NCBI GenBank assembly: GCA_002269645.1
Contig: NIVC01000129.1
Location: forward strand, 46,755 to 110,754
Length of the DNA: 64,000 bases
Direction of reading: 5' to 3'
DNA from: Macrostomum lignano
Lineage: Eukaryota
Part shown: piece by piece, positions 50,477 to 63,359 of the stretch
Layout of the letters: each line of letters starts with the position of its first letter
Numbering within the stretch: the first letter of the stretch is position 1
Translations under genes and position numbers: made by a program
The notes under the pieces: generated by a model
What the model was told of the DNA's origin: nothing
The model's input: the letters and a program-made list of their open reading frames with translations, nothing else
The model's database searches: none

Positions 50477-53400
50477 TATCTATCTAATAGAGTTAAAATA
50501 ACATATAGAAAATAGCTTTATCTTTGAAATAAAGAAATAATGTTAAAAGTAACAAAGAAATAATATATTTAATCTGGGTTTTTTTTTCGTCCATAACTTG
50601 GGTGCGATTTGGCACCCTGTGCTAGATTTCAGGGTGCAATTTTCAAGACCAGGATGCACTGCACTGCTGCAGACAAAAACTGGTCTAATACTAATAGTGT
50701 TTCAAAGTTTTTGTCCATCCAAACCATCCAATGATGATCCAAATTTGGGTGCGCTTTTTGCACCCTGAGTCAAATTTCAAGGTGCAATTTTTAAGACCAG
50801 GATGCTAGGCCTATTCACACCCATTCGCACAAAAAACCCAGCATTTAATAAATGAGTAATAAGCTTTATTAAACTGCATTTTTTTACAAACTAGGAAAAA
50901 AGTATTGTGATTTTAACAAAGTAATCTTAATTACCATTAGGTTCTTTTATTATATTGAGAAAACTCCCTTATAGCAAATTCAGAAATTTTTAAAATATAT
51001 AGCACTATGTCATTAAAATAAAGAAAATACTGAAAAATAAATTTGCCCAAATATTTTTTGCCAAAAGATTGTATAGCCTTGTAAATAAACAAAGAATGCA
51101 AATAAAGTTAAACTAAAAGTAAAACAGTGATAAAATAAAACAGTTCTATGACAACAATTTTTTAATAAAAATATATATGAAAATTTATCTTTTTGAATTA
51201 TGTAGACTAAAAAAATTAATTTCTTTATTTTTGTTATATGTTACATTTTTGTTATAGAGCTTTTCTGGCCTTGTGGCTATTTCATTGTGTGGCCATTCTA
51301 TATATGGCCATTTTAATAGTATTAGCCTATCTTAAAGGATGATTGCATTTATTTAATTGGATGATTTACTATTTGCTGTATAATTTATTTAATAGATAAA
51401 TGATAGGTAATTATTATTTTTAGATTTGTTCAAACTTCTAACTATAAAGCATCTTATAATATTATTAGTTATTTTTAATATTTAACATTTGGTAAGTGAA
51501 ACAACTAGGCCCCATTATATTTTTATAGATAAAAAGAATGGCAAATAAAATTAAACCAGCAGCACACAAAACAATCATCAACCAAATTTAGATTTATTTC
51601 AAAATAACCAAATTTCAAATAGCAAGCAATTTTGAATTTTCCTAGTGGCCACTATTAAATGATATAGCTATCATTTCTCTAGCTATTTTGTTAAGAACTT
51701 ATTTATTTCAAAATAAGTTGAATGTCTAATACTTTCTTTTATTTTCTTTTTTCTTATATATCATATTTTTCAATTTTATATTTAGACAAAATCATAGTAT
51801 TTCACAATGCAAATTTATTCATAATATGAAAATAGTTTATAATCCCAAAACTTTAGCCATTGCCATTTTCTAATAGATTTATTTATTGCCTTTTTTATGA
51901 GCTTATTTTTTGCTATCTTTATCTTAGCAACTACAACAATATTAATATAGATTATGTCTGATGTATACCAAAAATATTTGGCTAAATTGCAAAATTTATG
52001 TCAAAAATTTTAATGTAGGCCAACAATATAGGCCTAAGCCTTGATTTAGTAAATCTAATATTAATTTAAGTAAATAATTGGCTTAAAAGTATAAAGAAAG
52101 GAATCAATATTTAATTAAAAATTAGCATATATTATAATATAAGTTCAAATATTTTTTTAATTAATATAATAACTATGGAACCTTTTAGTATATTAAATAT
52201 ATGGGTCTAATAAATTTCAAAAGAACTAATTTTTTGTCATTTTAATATATTATTTATTCAAATAAGGTTTTAAAAGTTTTACTAATTTTATCCTATTTGA
52301 TAATTCTCACTTAATTAGGAAAATGCACTTTTAAAATTGAGTTAGGTAATAATAAGGAGTTATAAAACTTTGTCTCTTGAATGTTCAAAAAGTTTATAAT
52401 ATATATGACTTAGTAAGTACTAATATCATTTTTTTCTAATAATTGTTCTTACAAAAATTTTTATAATAATTTTTTTATCCAACCTAACTAACCAAAAGTA
52501 ATTAGCCCCCTTATAAGAAAATGCCTTTCCATAGCAGATTAAAAAAGTGATATTCATAGTGATACAAAAATTATTTTTTGTATCAAAATCAAAATTGAAA
52601 TTAAAATTAAAATTGATTTTTTGAGCTAAAAAGTTTTGAATTTTGCTGATTATGCAAAAAATTAACTTATATGCTTGTTTTTTAAATATTTTAGTGTTTG
52701 AACCTAAATACTTGAAATTATTTACCTAAAAATTATGAAATAGAAAAAGCTAGTGCTTATAGATACTTAGAATAGAAGGTATATTATAATTCACCATTTT
52801 TTGAAACTGGAAATCTTAATATATCAATTTCATTAAGGCTTTAAAAGTCTAGCCAATTAAAATCTATGCCAATGAGTTCAGCTGGTGGGCTTCTGTGGAG
52901 ATTGAGATAGGTGCAGCACAAGGCCTAAAACAATGTGTGTGCCTATATACGAGCCTTTTTTACCTTCCCACTTTATTTGAATTGCACTTTTTTTCACTTT
53001 CTATAGATTTTCCTATTCATATAACTTGGTCATAAATGCCTTATTGTTAAAATTTATCTATAATTTTGAAATAAGTTTTAATGAATAGTATTAAAATTTA
53101 AAATTTAAATTGAAATTATTTTTAATTATAAATTGAAATTAGGTTCAAAACTCAAAATATTGAAATTGAAATCAAATTTTAATCCATCACAAAAAAACTT
53201 GGTCAAGGTAGAAAATCAGCTTATCCTTGTTCCTTCCTTGCTCATAGCTCATTTCAATAGCTTTATAAGTAAAAGTATTGCTAGCAACTTAAAAAATAAT
53301 AATAAGCATATTATATATATATTGTTTTAGGCTGACTATAGATATTCTAGGCTGAATTCTTCAAAATATTGCATTGCAAATATTGCAGATATATTCATTT

Positions 53401-54551
53401 ATCTATGTCTAATAGTTTACAATTATTATAGAAGACTAATTACTTTGAAACTAAATTATATCATTTTTAGCTTTTTATCCCACATTTATTGATTCAAAAT
53501 AAGTCTAATAAAGCTAGAATAGCTAAAACTTCTATAACAATAGCTGATAAATTGTAAGAATAGCTGTTACATTTAGTCTTAGATGTAAAGTATGTTTATA
53601 AGACTATAAAAATATTTTTTAAATAAAATAGTTACATAGTTTACATAGCTAGATATACTGCCTTGAGGCACTTTCTTAGATTTAATGCAAAAAAGTAAAA
53701 TTTTGTTTAAGTATTGCTTATCAATTTTGTTTTAACAAGACTTTTCAATTAATAATAGTTTGAATCAGAGGTCAAAAGCAAAATTTTTGTATCAAAGATT
53801 TTGATACAAAGTTTATTATCTTTTTTCACAACTTGTTTCTAAACATAATAATTTTTCTAGTCTTTTAAAGTAATTTTGATGATATTATACACAATATATT
53901 TTAAATATTTATACAGTATAAAAGTTATAGAAATCAAAACCTAAATCTAAATTGAAAAGTTTTTTAAGAAATGAAAATAAGGCCTATTGCAAAGTAGGCT
54001 ATAGCAAAAGCCTCATCAACCAACAAACTTACTTTTGCTTTTCATCAGACATGCAACTTTATCACAAGGCCTATTGCATTTTTTAACAAAGAAAAATGGA
54101 ACTTTTTTGTATAAATAATAAAAAAGCATGAGTTTTTTAGGTTGTCACATTAAATGACTTTAAGTTAACTGATTTTTAAAAAATGGTATATGCTTCTTTT
54201 TTGGTATGCACTTATATTTTTTGGCATATAATTGCCTATTATCTCTAAAATCACTTTTATAAACCTACCACATTGGCTATACAATATATTATACTAGCAA
54301 AAGCTTTTGTATACTAGAATTATCTTGTATTTATCTAGATTAAGGCTTAGCAAATGTTTTCAGTGTAGGCCAGATAGTAAGACTAGGTTAAGGTGGCAAG
54401 CTGAAAAAATATGCAACAAATTGTGGTTATAAATGAAAATTTTAGATGATTAGACCAAATACAATTAACAATCCCATTATTAAAACTGATATAGCAATGA
54501 TGGGGTAAAAGCTAATTTTACTTGTAAAGTTGAATTTTCCACATACAATTA

Positions 54552-56303
54552 CGAGGGATGTTCCATAAGTACTTATACTTTTGCATGCTGCTCAGGAACT
54601 ACGCAACCAATCATTTTAAGTTTTATGTCGCTGGAAAGCGGCTTTACTCATCTTTAATCTGTCGCCAAAATCATTTCGTTCTGTCAACTATGTCAAAAGT
54701 TACAACAAAAAACGTAGTCAAAGGTCACCCATAGACTTACAAGAAATTTTCAAAATCAAAACTTTAAAGTTCAGCACGCAGAGTTATTTCGGATTCTACA
54801 TAATGCATTCTTTTTTGCTTCATAAGCGAATGCCACACCCTTTTCGTCTATGGAAAATACTGGCCTAAGCTTTCACAGCATCTTAATCTTAAGATCACAG
54901 CATCTTAATCTTGTAAAGTTTCACCACCTTGGCTGCTGCTGCATCACCATGGATGTGAACTCAAGGGAAGGACAGCGCGCTGCAATTTTTACCCTCTGGA
55001 AACTCGGAAAAAAGCGATCAGAGATTTATGCGGATTTATGCAACATTCATGGAGCTAATGCGGTGAGCAGGATGACCGTCTACAACTGGGTTGAGCAGTT
55101 CGAAGCAGGAAGGACCAATGTTGCTGATTTGCCGAGGTCGGGCCGCCCCTGCACATCAGGCTCTGATGCTCTCACCGATCGAATTCTTGATCTGCTGGAC
55201 GAAGATTGTCGGCTAACGATTCGACAGATTGCAGATAGACTGGACACGCCGAGCACAACTGTGCATCGCTGCTTGTCGCGCATGGACTTTGTCAAGCTGA
55301 CTGCTCGTTGGGTGCCACGCCTACTCACCTCGGACTTGAGACTGCAGAGGCAGCAGATTTGTCAGGCCAATATTCGGATGATGGAAGAATACGGTGGTTG
55401 GGATCTCTTCCATCGAATGATAGTCACTGGAGATGAAACCTGGATTCCCCATTTTGATCCACCAACGAAACGTGATTCCCAGGTCTGGATGCTGAAGGGC
55501 TCTGATCCTCCGGTAAAAGCTCAAAGGGACGCACATGGAAAGAAGATCATGCTGTCTCTGTTTTTCGACTGCAATGGTCCTCTAACTGTCGAGTTTTTGG
55601 AGCCAAACACTACAATAAACTCTGAGCGCTACGTTGAAACGCTAACAAAGCTGCATCATGACATCCAGAACAAGCGTCGTGAAAATCCCAGACCTTTCAT
55701 TCTTCATCATGACAATGCAAGGCCTCATACAGCACAAAAGACAGTCGAGGCAATCAGCAAGCTGAAGCTCCATCTTCTACCTCACCCTCCTTACTCTCCA
55801 GACCTGGCACCAGCAGACTTTGCTTTATTTCCAGAGTTGAAGCGCCATCTGAAAGGACGCGTGTACGAGACCAGGAACCAGATCGAGGAGGAAGTCCGCA
55901 GAATTCTGCTGTATGTCATCCCCCGACAGCTGTACGCAGAAGCCATCAAAAGCATTTTTAACAGGTGGACCAAGTGCATCAACTCCGGTGGAAACTACGT
56001 TGAGAAGGTGTCGGTACCGACTGAGGATGAGTGACAAAGAAGTCAAACTTTCTGTCATCAACAACGCGCCTCTGTTTTCATGCTTGCCATTGTAGTTGTT
56101 GCTCTTTAAATTTCTTGTAAGTCTATGGGTGACCTTTGACTACGTTTTTTGTTGTAACTTTTGACATAGTTGACAGAACGAAATGATTTTGGCGACAGAT
56201 TAAAGATGAGTAAAGCCGCTTTCCAGCGACATAAAACTTACAATGATTGGTTGCGTAGTTCCTGAGCAGCATGCAAAAGTATAAGTACTTATGGAACATC
56301 CCT
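54552..56303 (+). mobile_element. Tc1/mariner (mariner, DD34D) transposon with about 198-bp TIRs
   Basis: Left TA|CGAGGGATGTTCC (54552-54749) versus right 56108-56303; one mismatch seen; right end lacks the terminal CG. Confidence 0.92.
54949..56034 (+). CDS. Mariner transposase, intact ORF, 361 aa from ATG 54949
   Basis: HTH region, RSGRP, WVPR, TGDETW, HHDNARPH, HPPYSPDLAPADF; 34 residues between the 2nd and 3rd Asp. An upstream in-frame ATG exists at 54850. Confidence 0.93.
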   Translation: MDVNSREGQRAAIFTLWKLGKKRSEIYADLCNIHGANAVSRMTVYNWVEQFEAGRTNVADLPRSGRPCTSGSDALTDRILDLLDEDCRLTIRQIADRLDTPSTTVHRCLSRMDFVKLTARWVPRLLTSDLRLQRQQICQANIRMMEEYGGWDLFHRMIVTGDETWIPHFDPPTKRDSQVWMLKGSDPPVKAQRDAHGKKIMLSLFFDCNGPLTVEFLEPNTTINSERYVETLTKLHHDIQNKRRENPRPFILHHDNARPHTAQKTVEAISKLKLHLLPHPPYSPDLAPADFALFPELKRHLKGRVYETRNQIEEEVRRILLYVIPRQLYAEAIKSIFNRWTKCINSGGNYVEKVSVPTEDE

Positions 56304-57474
56304 AATTTTCTATGGAACATCGTAATTTTCTAGCTACTTTTGTGTTGTTACGAGTAGATGGTAAAGAGTGCTGCAGGCTAGACTTGGTGTTGTGTGCCAG
56401 ATCTGACCTGTAGGCTGGAGTTTGCCAACCTCTGATCTAGATTAATTTTTCTAACAAACATTTCTAGGATGGTAGTATCTTTATAAAATATGATTCATAT
56501 AGCCAACTTTTCCTATTGCTTTATTCAATTTTCTTAAAATATCCTCTTCAAAGGGATGTATTTGGTATATAATACTTAATTATTAATTTATGTAGGCTGT
56601 TTTGACCATTTATTTTAAGCTTGCTAGATTGGTAACTTGTTTTTTTATCAAATGTTTTTTTAAAAGCTTTCTAAATGCAAGATTTTGTGTTCTGTTTAGG
56701 GATAATCAACTTGTAATGTTTCTTCAATTTGGATATTTTGTTTGCATTTCAAACAAGATTTCATTTGTTTTCTATGTTATATTTCAATAGTTTTCAATTT
56801 TGTATAAGTACTTAAGGCTTTTTAGTGATTGAATTTTTCTATTGTTCATTAAAATTTCTATACATAGAGCCTACTAGGTTGTATATAATAGGGATATGTT
56901 AAATATGTCATAATTTAAGCACAAAAATTGTCTTCCCATGTGCTTTTTTATTCTAAAGCAGCTTTATTTAAAGCTTATTATGTAAATAGCACATCTTAAT
57001 CAATATTGCTAGCCTCCTTTTAAGGGGCTTTAAAAGTTGATATTTTTGGTTTCTTGGTTCCTATAATATATATATCCTTAATCTTTGTTTTTTTTAGTCT
57101 GATAATGTACCTAACATATATAGCAAATGCCATAAATCATACTTGCTATAAATTTGTATCTGAATAGACATGTTTCAGTTTCACTAATAGAGGGGGCATA
57201 ACTTCTTGCTTTGTGAGTTAACTTGAAATTGACATTAAAAACTAAATTACCAGTCCCCATTTTTAGTTTTTTAGCTTTGGATTTCTGGCAAAAATAGACT
57301 CATTGGAAAGTAGAAAATCGCATCTTTTATTTGACTTGAATTTATTTTATAATTTTTGACACACCTCGTAATTATTGATGATACAATCGGGGTCGTTGTA
57401 AAGCCTGTGTGAGTCTGTGTGCAAATTCATGCAAATATAATGTAGTCTCATTGGCTAATAACTCTAACCATTTG

Positions 57475-60400
57475 ATGGCACTGCACATGGACTCGCGGAA
57501 ACAGGAGCTGCTGGAAGCCCGTTTCCAAGGCTCCTCAGCTGGTTCCGCTTCTCTGCCAGCCGCCAACTCAGCTTCCGCAGCGGCAACAGCAGCAACAGCC
57601 GCCCCCATAACCTCCGGTGTCGGCCGTAACGGCGCCTTCTCGCAGTCCTCCTCCCAGTCTTCGTCTGTCAACCCGGATGCTTCCCTGTCGAACCCGCCGC
57701 CTCAGCCGCCGCAGTCAACAGCCGCTGCGGTGACAACTTCAGCGCCACCTGTGGCCTCCCTAGCCAATAGCAACAGTCAGAGCCTGCAGGAGGCGGCCGG
57801 CACCACCGCCACGGTGTCCACCGCAACCGCTGCCAGGACTCCTGGCAAGCCGCGGAAGCGTCGAGCTCCAGACGGAGGCGTCGGAGGCGGCAGCGGCAGC
57901 GGCGGCGGCGGCGGTAGCAGCGTTTCAACAGCCGGAGGAATTCGCCGAATTGACGAGTTCTATTCGGCCAACAAGCCTTTGGTGTCGCTTCCGCCCCCGC
58001 CTCCGCCCCCATTGTCGGCGCCTACTGGTGTGAGTAAAGCTGCGCAACTATTGACTCAGTCTGCCCAGCAGCAGCAGCAAGCCGGCAGCACCAACAACTC
58101 AGAAGAAGACAACAACAGCAACAGTGGAAGCCGAAGCAGCGACGGTGGCCTGTTAAGCTCGGGCAACACCGGAGGCGGAAGCGCAAAACGACCTCCGGGC
58201 AAGCGAAAGAAACTTCAGCAACAGCAGCAGCAGACACCGGCAACCACTGCTTCGTCTGCTGCTTCCGCAAATCTTTCAAAGCCGACGATTTCGGGCGCCG
58301 ACAATGAGAAACTTTCCCCGCCTCAGCAGCTGCCGCAGGTCGGGAGTTCGAGTCCCACTCCAATGCTAGTCGACTATCGCAACAACAGCGGCAGCGACAG
58401 TTGCAGTCAGCACGACGCGGCAGCCGCTCTGCTGTACAACCAGCTGCAGCAGCAGTCTTCTTCAGCAGCTGTGCAGCAGGAGCAGTCGCTAGGCGGATCC
58501 TCCAGCCAGCTCCAGACGGGTGCAGCCACAGGACAGCAACAACAGCAGTCAGAGCAGCTGACAGCGCTGTTAAAGGCTCGCGAGCAGCTGGAGCGTCAGG
58601 TGGCCAATCAGCACAAGCTGATTGAAACCCTGCGGGAGAATCAGGAGCGCGGCCGAGAGGTGCTGCGAGCTCTGCTAGCCGAGAAGTCGCGTCAAGAGCG
58701 TCGGGCAGTGCGCGACCGGTGTCGGGAGAACCGCCTGCGGCTGGGACAGTTCCAGATTGTTCGGCACGGCTCCGACCTGCTGGACAAATGGTTCGACGGC
58801 TTCGCCTTCGAGGAGGCGCATCGTCGTAGGCAGGAGATTGAGCACGGCAAGGAGCGCATTGAGAAGGAGCGGCGGCTGTGGATGAAGCGGAAGCCGGCCG
58901 CTGGCGGTACCACCACAAAGTCGGCATCGTCAAGGTTAGTGGCCTGATTATCCCAACTGTAAACTGGGATAATTATCCTAACTGTAAACTGGGATAATTA
59001 TCCTAACTGTAAACTGGGATAATTATCCTAACTGTAAACTGGGATAATTATCCTAACTGTAAACTGGGATAATTATTTCAACTGTAAACTGGGATAACTA
59101 TCCTAACTGTAAACTGGGATAACTATCCTAACTGTAAACTGGGATAATTATCCTAACTGTAAACTGGGATAATTATTCCAACTGTAAACTGGGATAACTA
59201 TCCTAACTGTAAACTGGGATAACTATCCTAACTGTAAACTGGGATAATTATACCAACTGTAAACTGGCCTAATTATCCCAACTGTAAACTGGCCTGATTA
59301 TCCCATCTGTAAACTGGCATAATTATCCCAACTGTAAACTGGCCTGATTATCCCATCTGTAAACTGGCCTAATTATCCCAACTGTAAACTGGCCTGATTA
59401 TCCCATCTGTAAACTGGCATAATTATCCCAACTGTAAACTGGCCTAATTATCCCATCTGTAAACTGGCATAATTATCCCAACTGTAAACTGGCATAATTA
59501 TCCCATCTGTAAACTGGCATAATCATCCCTACTGTAAATTGGCCTAATTATCGCATCTGTAAACTGGTCCAATTATCCCATCTGTAAACAGGGATAATTA
59601 TCCCATTTGCAAACTGCCCCCGTATTAATATTCGTTTTTATTAGTCTCCAAAAATACGATATTTAGCTCTGATCCCATCGAAGTCCCGCAACTTCGCGGC
59701 AGAATTGAAGGTCACCCCCTCCCCACCCTGGCAAACCCACAGGTCCACCTCCTCCGCCGGCAAGCACTCCGAAGTGGACGCAGACGAGTTCTTCACCCAG
59801 TTGGAAATCTACGATATTCAACGCCAGGCGCTGGTCAAAGACGAGAAAGATCTGCGCGATGAAGTTGAAAAACTGGATAGAGAGCGAAATGTGCACATCC
59901 GGGAGATGAAGCGGATACAGAATGAGGACAGCAGCCGGTTCAAGGGCAACCAGGAGTTGCACGATCGATACATGCTGCTGTCCCTGCTGGGCAAGGGCGG
60001 CTTCTCCGAGGTCTGTGTGCTTAGAATATCCCTAATTATCTACCCAATTATATCTCTAATTATCTACCCAATTATACCCCTAATTTTCTGCCCAATTATA
60101 TATTTAATTGTCTACCTAATTATGTCCCTAATTGTCTACCTAATTATATCTTTAATTGTCTGCCTAATTATATCCCTAATTGTGTACCCAATTATACCCC
60201 TAATTTTCTGCCCAATTATATCCCTAATTGTCTGCCCAATTATATCCCTAATTGTCTGCCCAATTATTTATACCTAATTGTCTACCCAATTATATCGGTG
60301 ATTGCCTGCCCAATTATAATTTTTCTGTAATTGTCCACCCAATTATATCCCTAATTGTCTGCCCAATTATATCCCTAATTGTCTGCCCAATTATTTATAC

Positions 60401-63169
60401 CTAATTGTCTACCCAATTATATCGGTGATTGCCTGCCCAATTATAATTTTTCTCTAATTGTCCACCCAATTATCTCCCTAATTGTCCACTCAATCCGCAG
60501 GTGCACAAAGCCTACGACATGACTGAGCACAGATTCGTCGCATGCAAAATCCACCAGCTGAGCCCGTCTTGGCCCAAGGAGAAGAAAGACAATTACATTC
60601 GGCACGCTGTTCGAGAGATTGAAATTCACAAAACTTTACAGCACCCAAGAATTGTGAAAGTCTACGATGTGTTCGATATTGATAGCGACTGCTTCTGCAC
60701 TGTGCTGGAGTATTCCAAGGGCTGCGATTTGGACTTTTATCTTAAACAGAACAAAAGCCTGCCGGAAAGAGAGGCCCGGAATGTAATTTGTCAGGTATGT
60801 TTGAGCTTTGGTTCAATTGAATCTCTTTTGTTGTTACTACCTTTGGTTGCTATGGAGATTGGCATTGTTTTATGATGGGTGTAAATCTTTGGTTGCTATG
60901 GAGATTGATTGTTTCATGATTGGTGTAAATCTTTGGTTGCTATGGAGATTGGCTTTGTTTTATGATTGGTGTAAATCTTTCGTTGCTATGGAGATTGATT
61001 GTTTTATGATGGGTGTAAATCTTTCGTTGCTATGGCCAGGAAGTGCATGATCAGGTGCAGGTGTACTTATTACTTGGGAACTACTAGCCTTGGGAACTAC
61101 TAGCCTTGGGAACTACTATTAATCGATAGTTGCTATGATAGCAAAACCTAACTAAGTACAACTACATTAATTGAACTGCTGCCAGGTGGTCAGCGCGCTC
61201 AAGTACCTGAACCAGCGCCGGCCGCCAGTCATTCACTACGACCTGAAGCCCGGCAACATTCTGTTAGGCGAAGGCGACTCAGTTGCCGACATCAAGCTGA
61301 CGGACTTCGGCCTGAGCAAAGTGATGACAGAGGACAAGTTCCAGGCGGACTCTGGAATGGACCTCACTAGTCAGGGTGCCGGCACCTACTGGTACCTGCC
61401 GCCTGAGTGCTTTGAGACCGGGCCAGAGGCACCAAAAATTTCTAGCAAGGTACCGCGTTGAGCTTTACTTTGTTTTAGCCCACTAACCTGAACTTTTGGA
61501 GAGTAGTCACTCTGACTGGCTCTGCTTATTTTTACAATAGCGATTTAGATTGGGGTTTAGGAATTTAGAACTAGCAATCTAGTGCTTCTCTTTGGGGCGC
61601 CCAATAAGCAAGGAGCAAAAATTACATTTTCTTAAGAAATAATTCCTTCTTCACTTTTATAAATCACCTTAATTCGAGTACAATTGTCACGGACAGAGAT
61701 GCTTGCTATGAATCTCGTGCTTATAAAAGTAACTGAAGGACGCAACAAAATAAAGCCCTCATAAAGATAAAAGGCTTCCCCCTAAATCGAAAGCATTCCC
61801 CAGACAGCAAGCATCCACCCAGACAGCAAGCATCCCCCAGATAGCAAGCATCCACCTAGATAGCAAGCATCCACCCAGACAGCAAGCATCCCCCAGACAG
61901 CAAGCATTCCCCAGACAGCAAGCATCCCCCAGATAGCAAGCATCCACCCAGATAGCAAGCATCCCCCAGATAGCAAGCATCCACCTAGATAGCAAGCATC
62001 CACCCAGATAGCAAGCATCCCCCAGACAGCAAGCATTCCCCAGACAGCAAGCATCCCCCAGATAGCAAGCATCCACCTAGATAGCAAGCATCCCCCAGAT
62101 AGCAAGCATCCCCCAGATAGCAAGCATCCACCCAGATAGCAAGCATCCCCCAGACAGCAAGCATCCCCAGATAGCAAGCATCCCTCAGACAGCAAGCATC
62201 CCCCAGACAGCAAGCATCCCCCAGACAGCAAGCATCCCCAGATAGCAAGCATCCCTCAGACAGCAAGCATCCCCCAGACAGCAAGCATCCCCCAGACAGC
62301 AAGCATCCCCCAGACAGCAAGCATCCCCCAGACAGCAAGCATCCCCCAGATAGCAAGCATCCCCCAGATAGCAAGCATTCCCCAGACAGCAAGCATCCCC
62401 CAGACAGCAAGCATTCCCCAGATAGCAAGCATCCCCCCCCCAGCTAGCAAGCATCCCCGCCAGATAGCAAGCATCCCTCAGATAACAAGCATCCCCCAGA
62501 TAGCAAGCATCCCTCAGATAGCAGGCATCCCTCAGATAGCAGGCATCCCCAGATAGCAAGCATCCCCAGATAGCAAGCATCTCTCAGATAGCAGGCATCC
62601 CCCAGCAAGCATCCCCCAGACAGCAAGCAGTTTAGGTTCGGGTTAGGGTTAGGGTTAGACTTTACTGTCAAATTATTGTATATTTTCACTCAGTTGTCTT
62701 TCCTGCCTTAGTCCCAAATCCCAGATCCCTCGCCACGTACTCAAAGCCTCTCTTACATTAAAATATGTAATAAAAAATCCTCAACCAGGTGGACGTGTGG
62801 AGCGTTGGCGTCATTTTCTACCAGTGCCTCTACGGCCAGAAGCCGTTCGGTAACAACATGACCCAGGCCGACATCCTGCGCAACCACACCATACTGAAGG
62901 CGTTAAAAATCGATTTCCCCCAATCAACGCCCGGCAACTGCAAGGTGTCCGAGCCGGCCAAGAACTTCATCCGCCGGTGCGTCACCTACGACAAGCGCCT
63001 ACGCCCCGATGTGTTCCAACTGGCCGAGGACGAGTATCTGAAGTCGAAGGCGCAATTGAAATTCGACACCACTACGGCGGCCTACTCGCCAGCTGAAGTT
63101 GGCAGCGGCGGCGGCGGCAGCGGCGGCAGCAGCGCCTGGGGTCTCATGCCCCCGCCTGGGCCAGTCTGA
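57475..63169 (+). CDS. TLK: Tousled-like serine/threonine kinase, about 888 aa
   Basis: Exons 57475-58934, 59743-60010, 60501-60794, 61186-61449, 62789-63169 (2667 nt). N-terminal [13 protein letters not shown], coiled coil [20 protein letters not shown], kinase motifs [38 protein letters not shown]. Confidence 0.95.
58945..59618. repeat. 25-bp minisatellite with internal palindrome (TLK intron 1)
   Basis: ACTGTAAACTGGGATAATTATCCTA; contains the GGATAATTATCC palindrome. Confidence 0.95.
60030..60490. repeat. 24-bp minisatellite (TLK intron 2)
   Basis: CCCTAATTGTCTGCCCAATTATAT. Confidence 0.95.
60840..61035. repeat. 44-bp minisatellite (TLK intron 3)
   Basis: CTTTGGTTGCTATGGAGATTGATTGTTTTATGATGGGTGTAAAT. 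Confidence 0.9.
61572..62658 (-). mobile_element. Dispersed element copy 2 (reverse orientation) in TLK intron 4
   Basis: Array 61795-62628 is the reverse complement of the 18-bp unit; shared tail includes GAATTAAGGTGATTTATAAAA, ATTTTTGCTCCTTGCTTATT and GCACTAGATTGCTA. Confidence 0.75.
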
Positions 63170-63359
63170 TGACCCCCGGCCCCCCTTCCATCGATCCTTC
63201 ATCATTCCTCTATGAGTTGAGCCTCTCCTGCGTTGTATAATCAATCTGATTGTTGAATTGCGGTTGCAGAAAATTTGTCGCCCAGGCTGTTTTGAGTTGC
63301 TGGCGATAATTGCAATTCTGCCTACTCTTTAACTCTTATTGAAGAGCTATCTTGGTCTG

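Noticed and set aside
52559-53810. 11-bp-arm hairpins (TGATACAAAAA..., TTTGTATCAAA...)
   Set aside because: Short arms in very AT-rich DNA; plausible by chance.
57409-57474. GTG-started upstream extension of the TLK ORF
   Set aside because: TLK homology begins at ATG 57475 ([17 protein letters not shown]); the extension has no eukaryotic start support.
59667-59742. Upstream AG at 59666 as the TLK exon 2 acceptor
   Set aside because: Wrong phase; only CACAG|59743 keeps the kinase frame.
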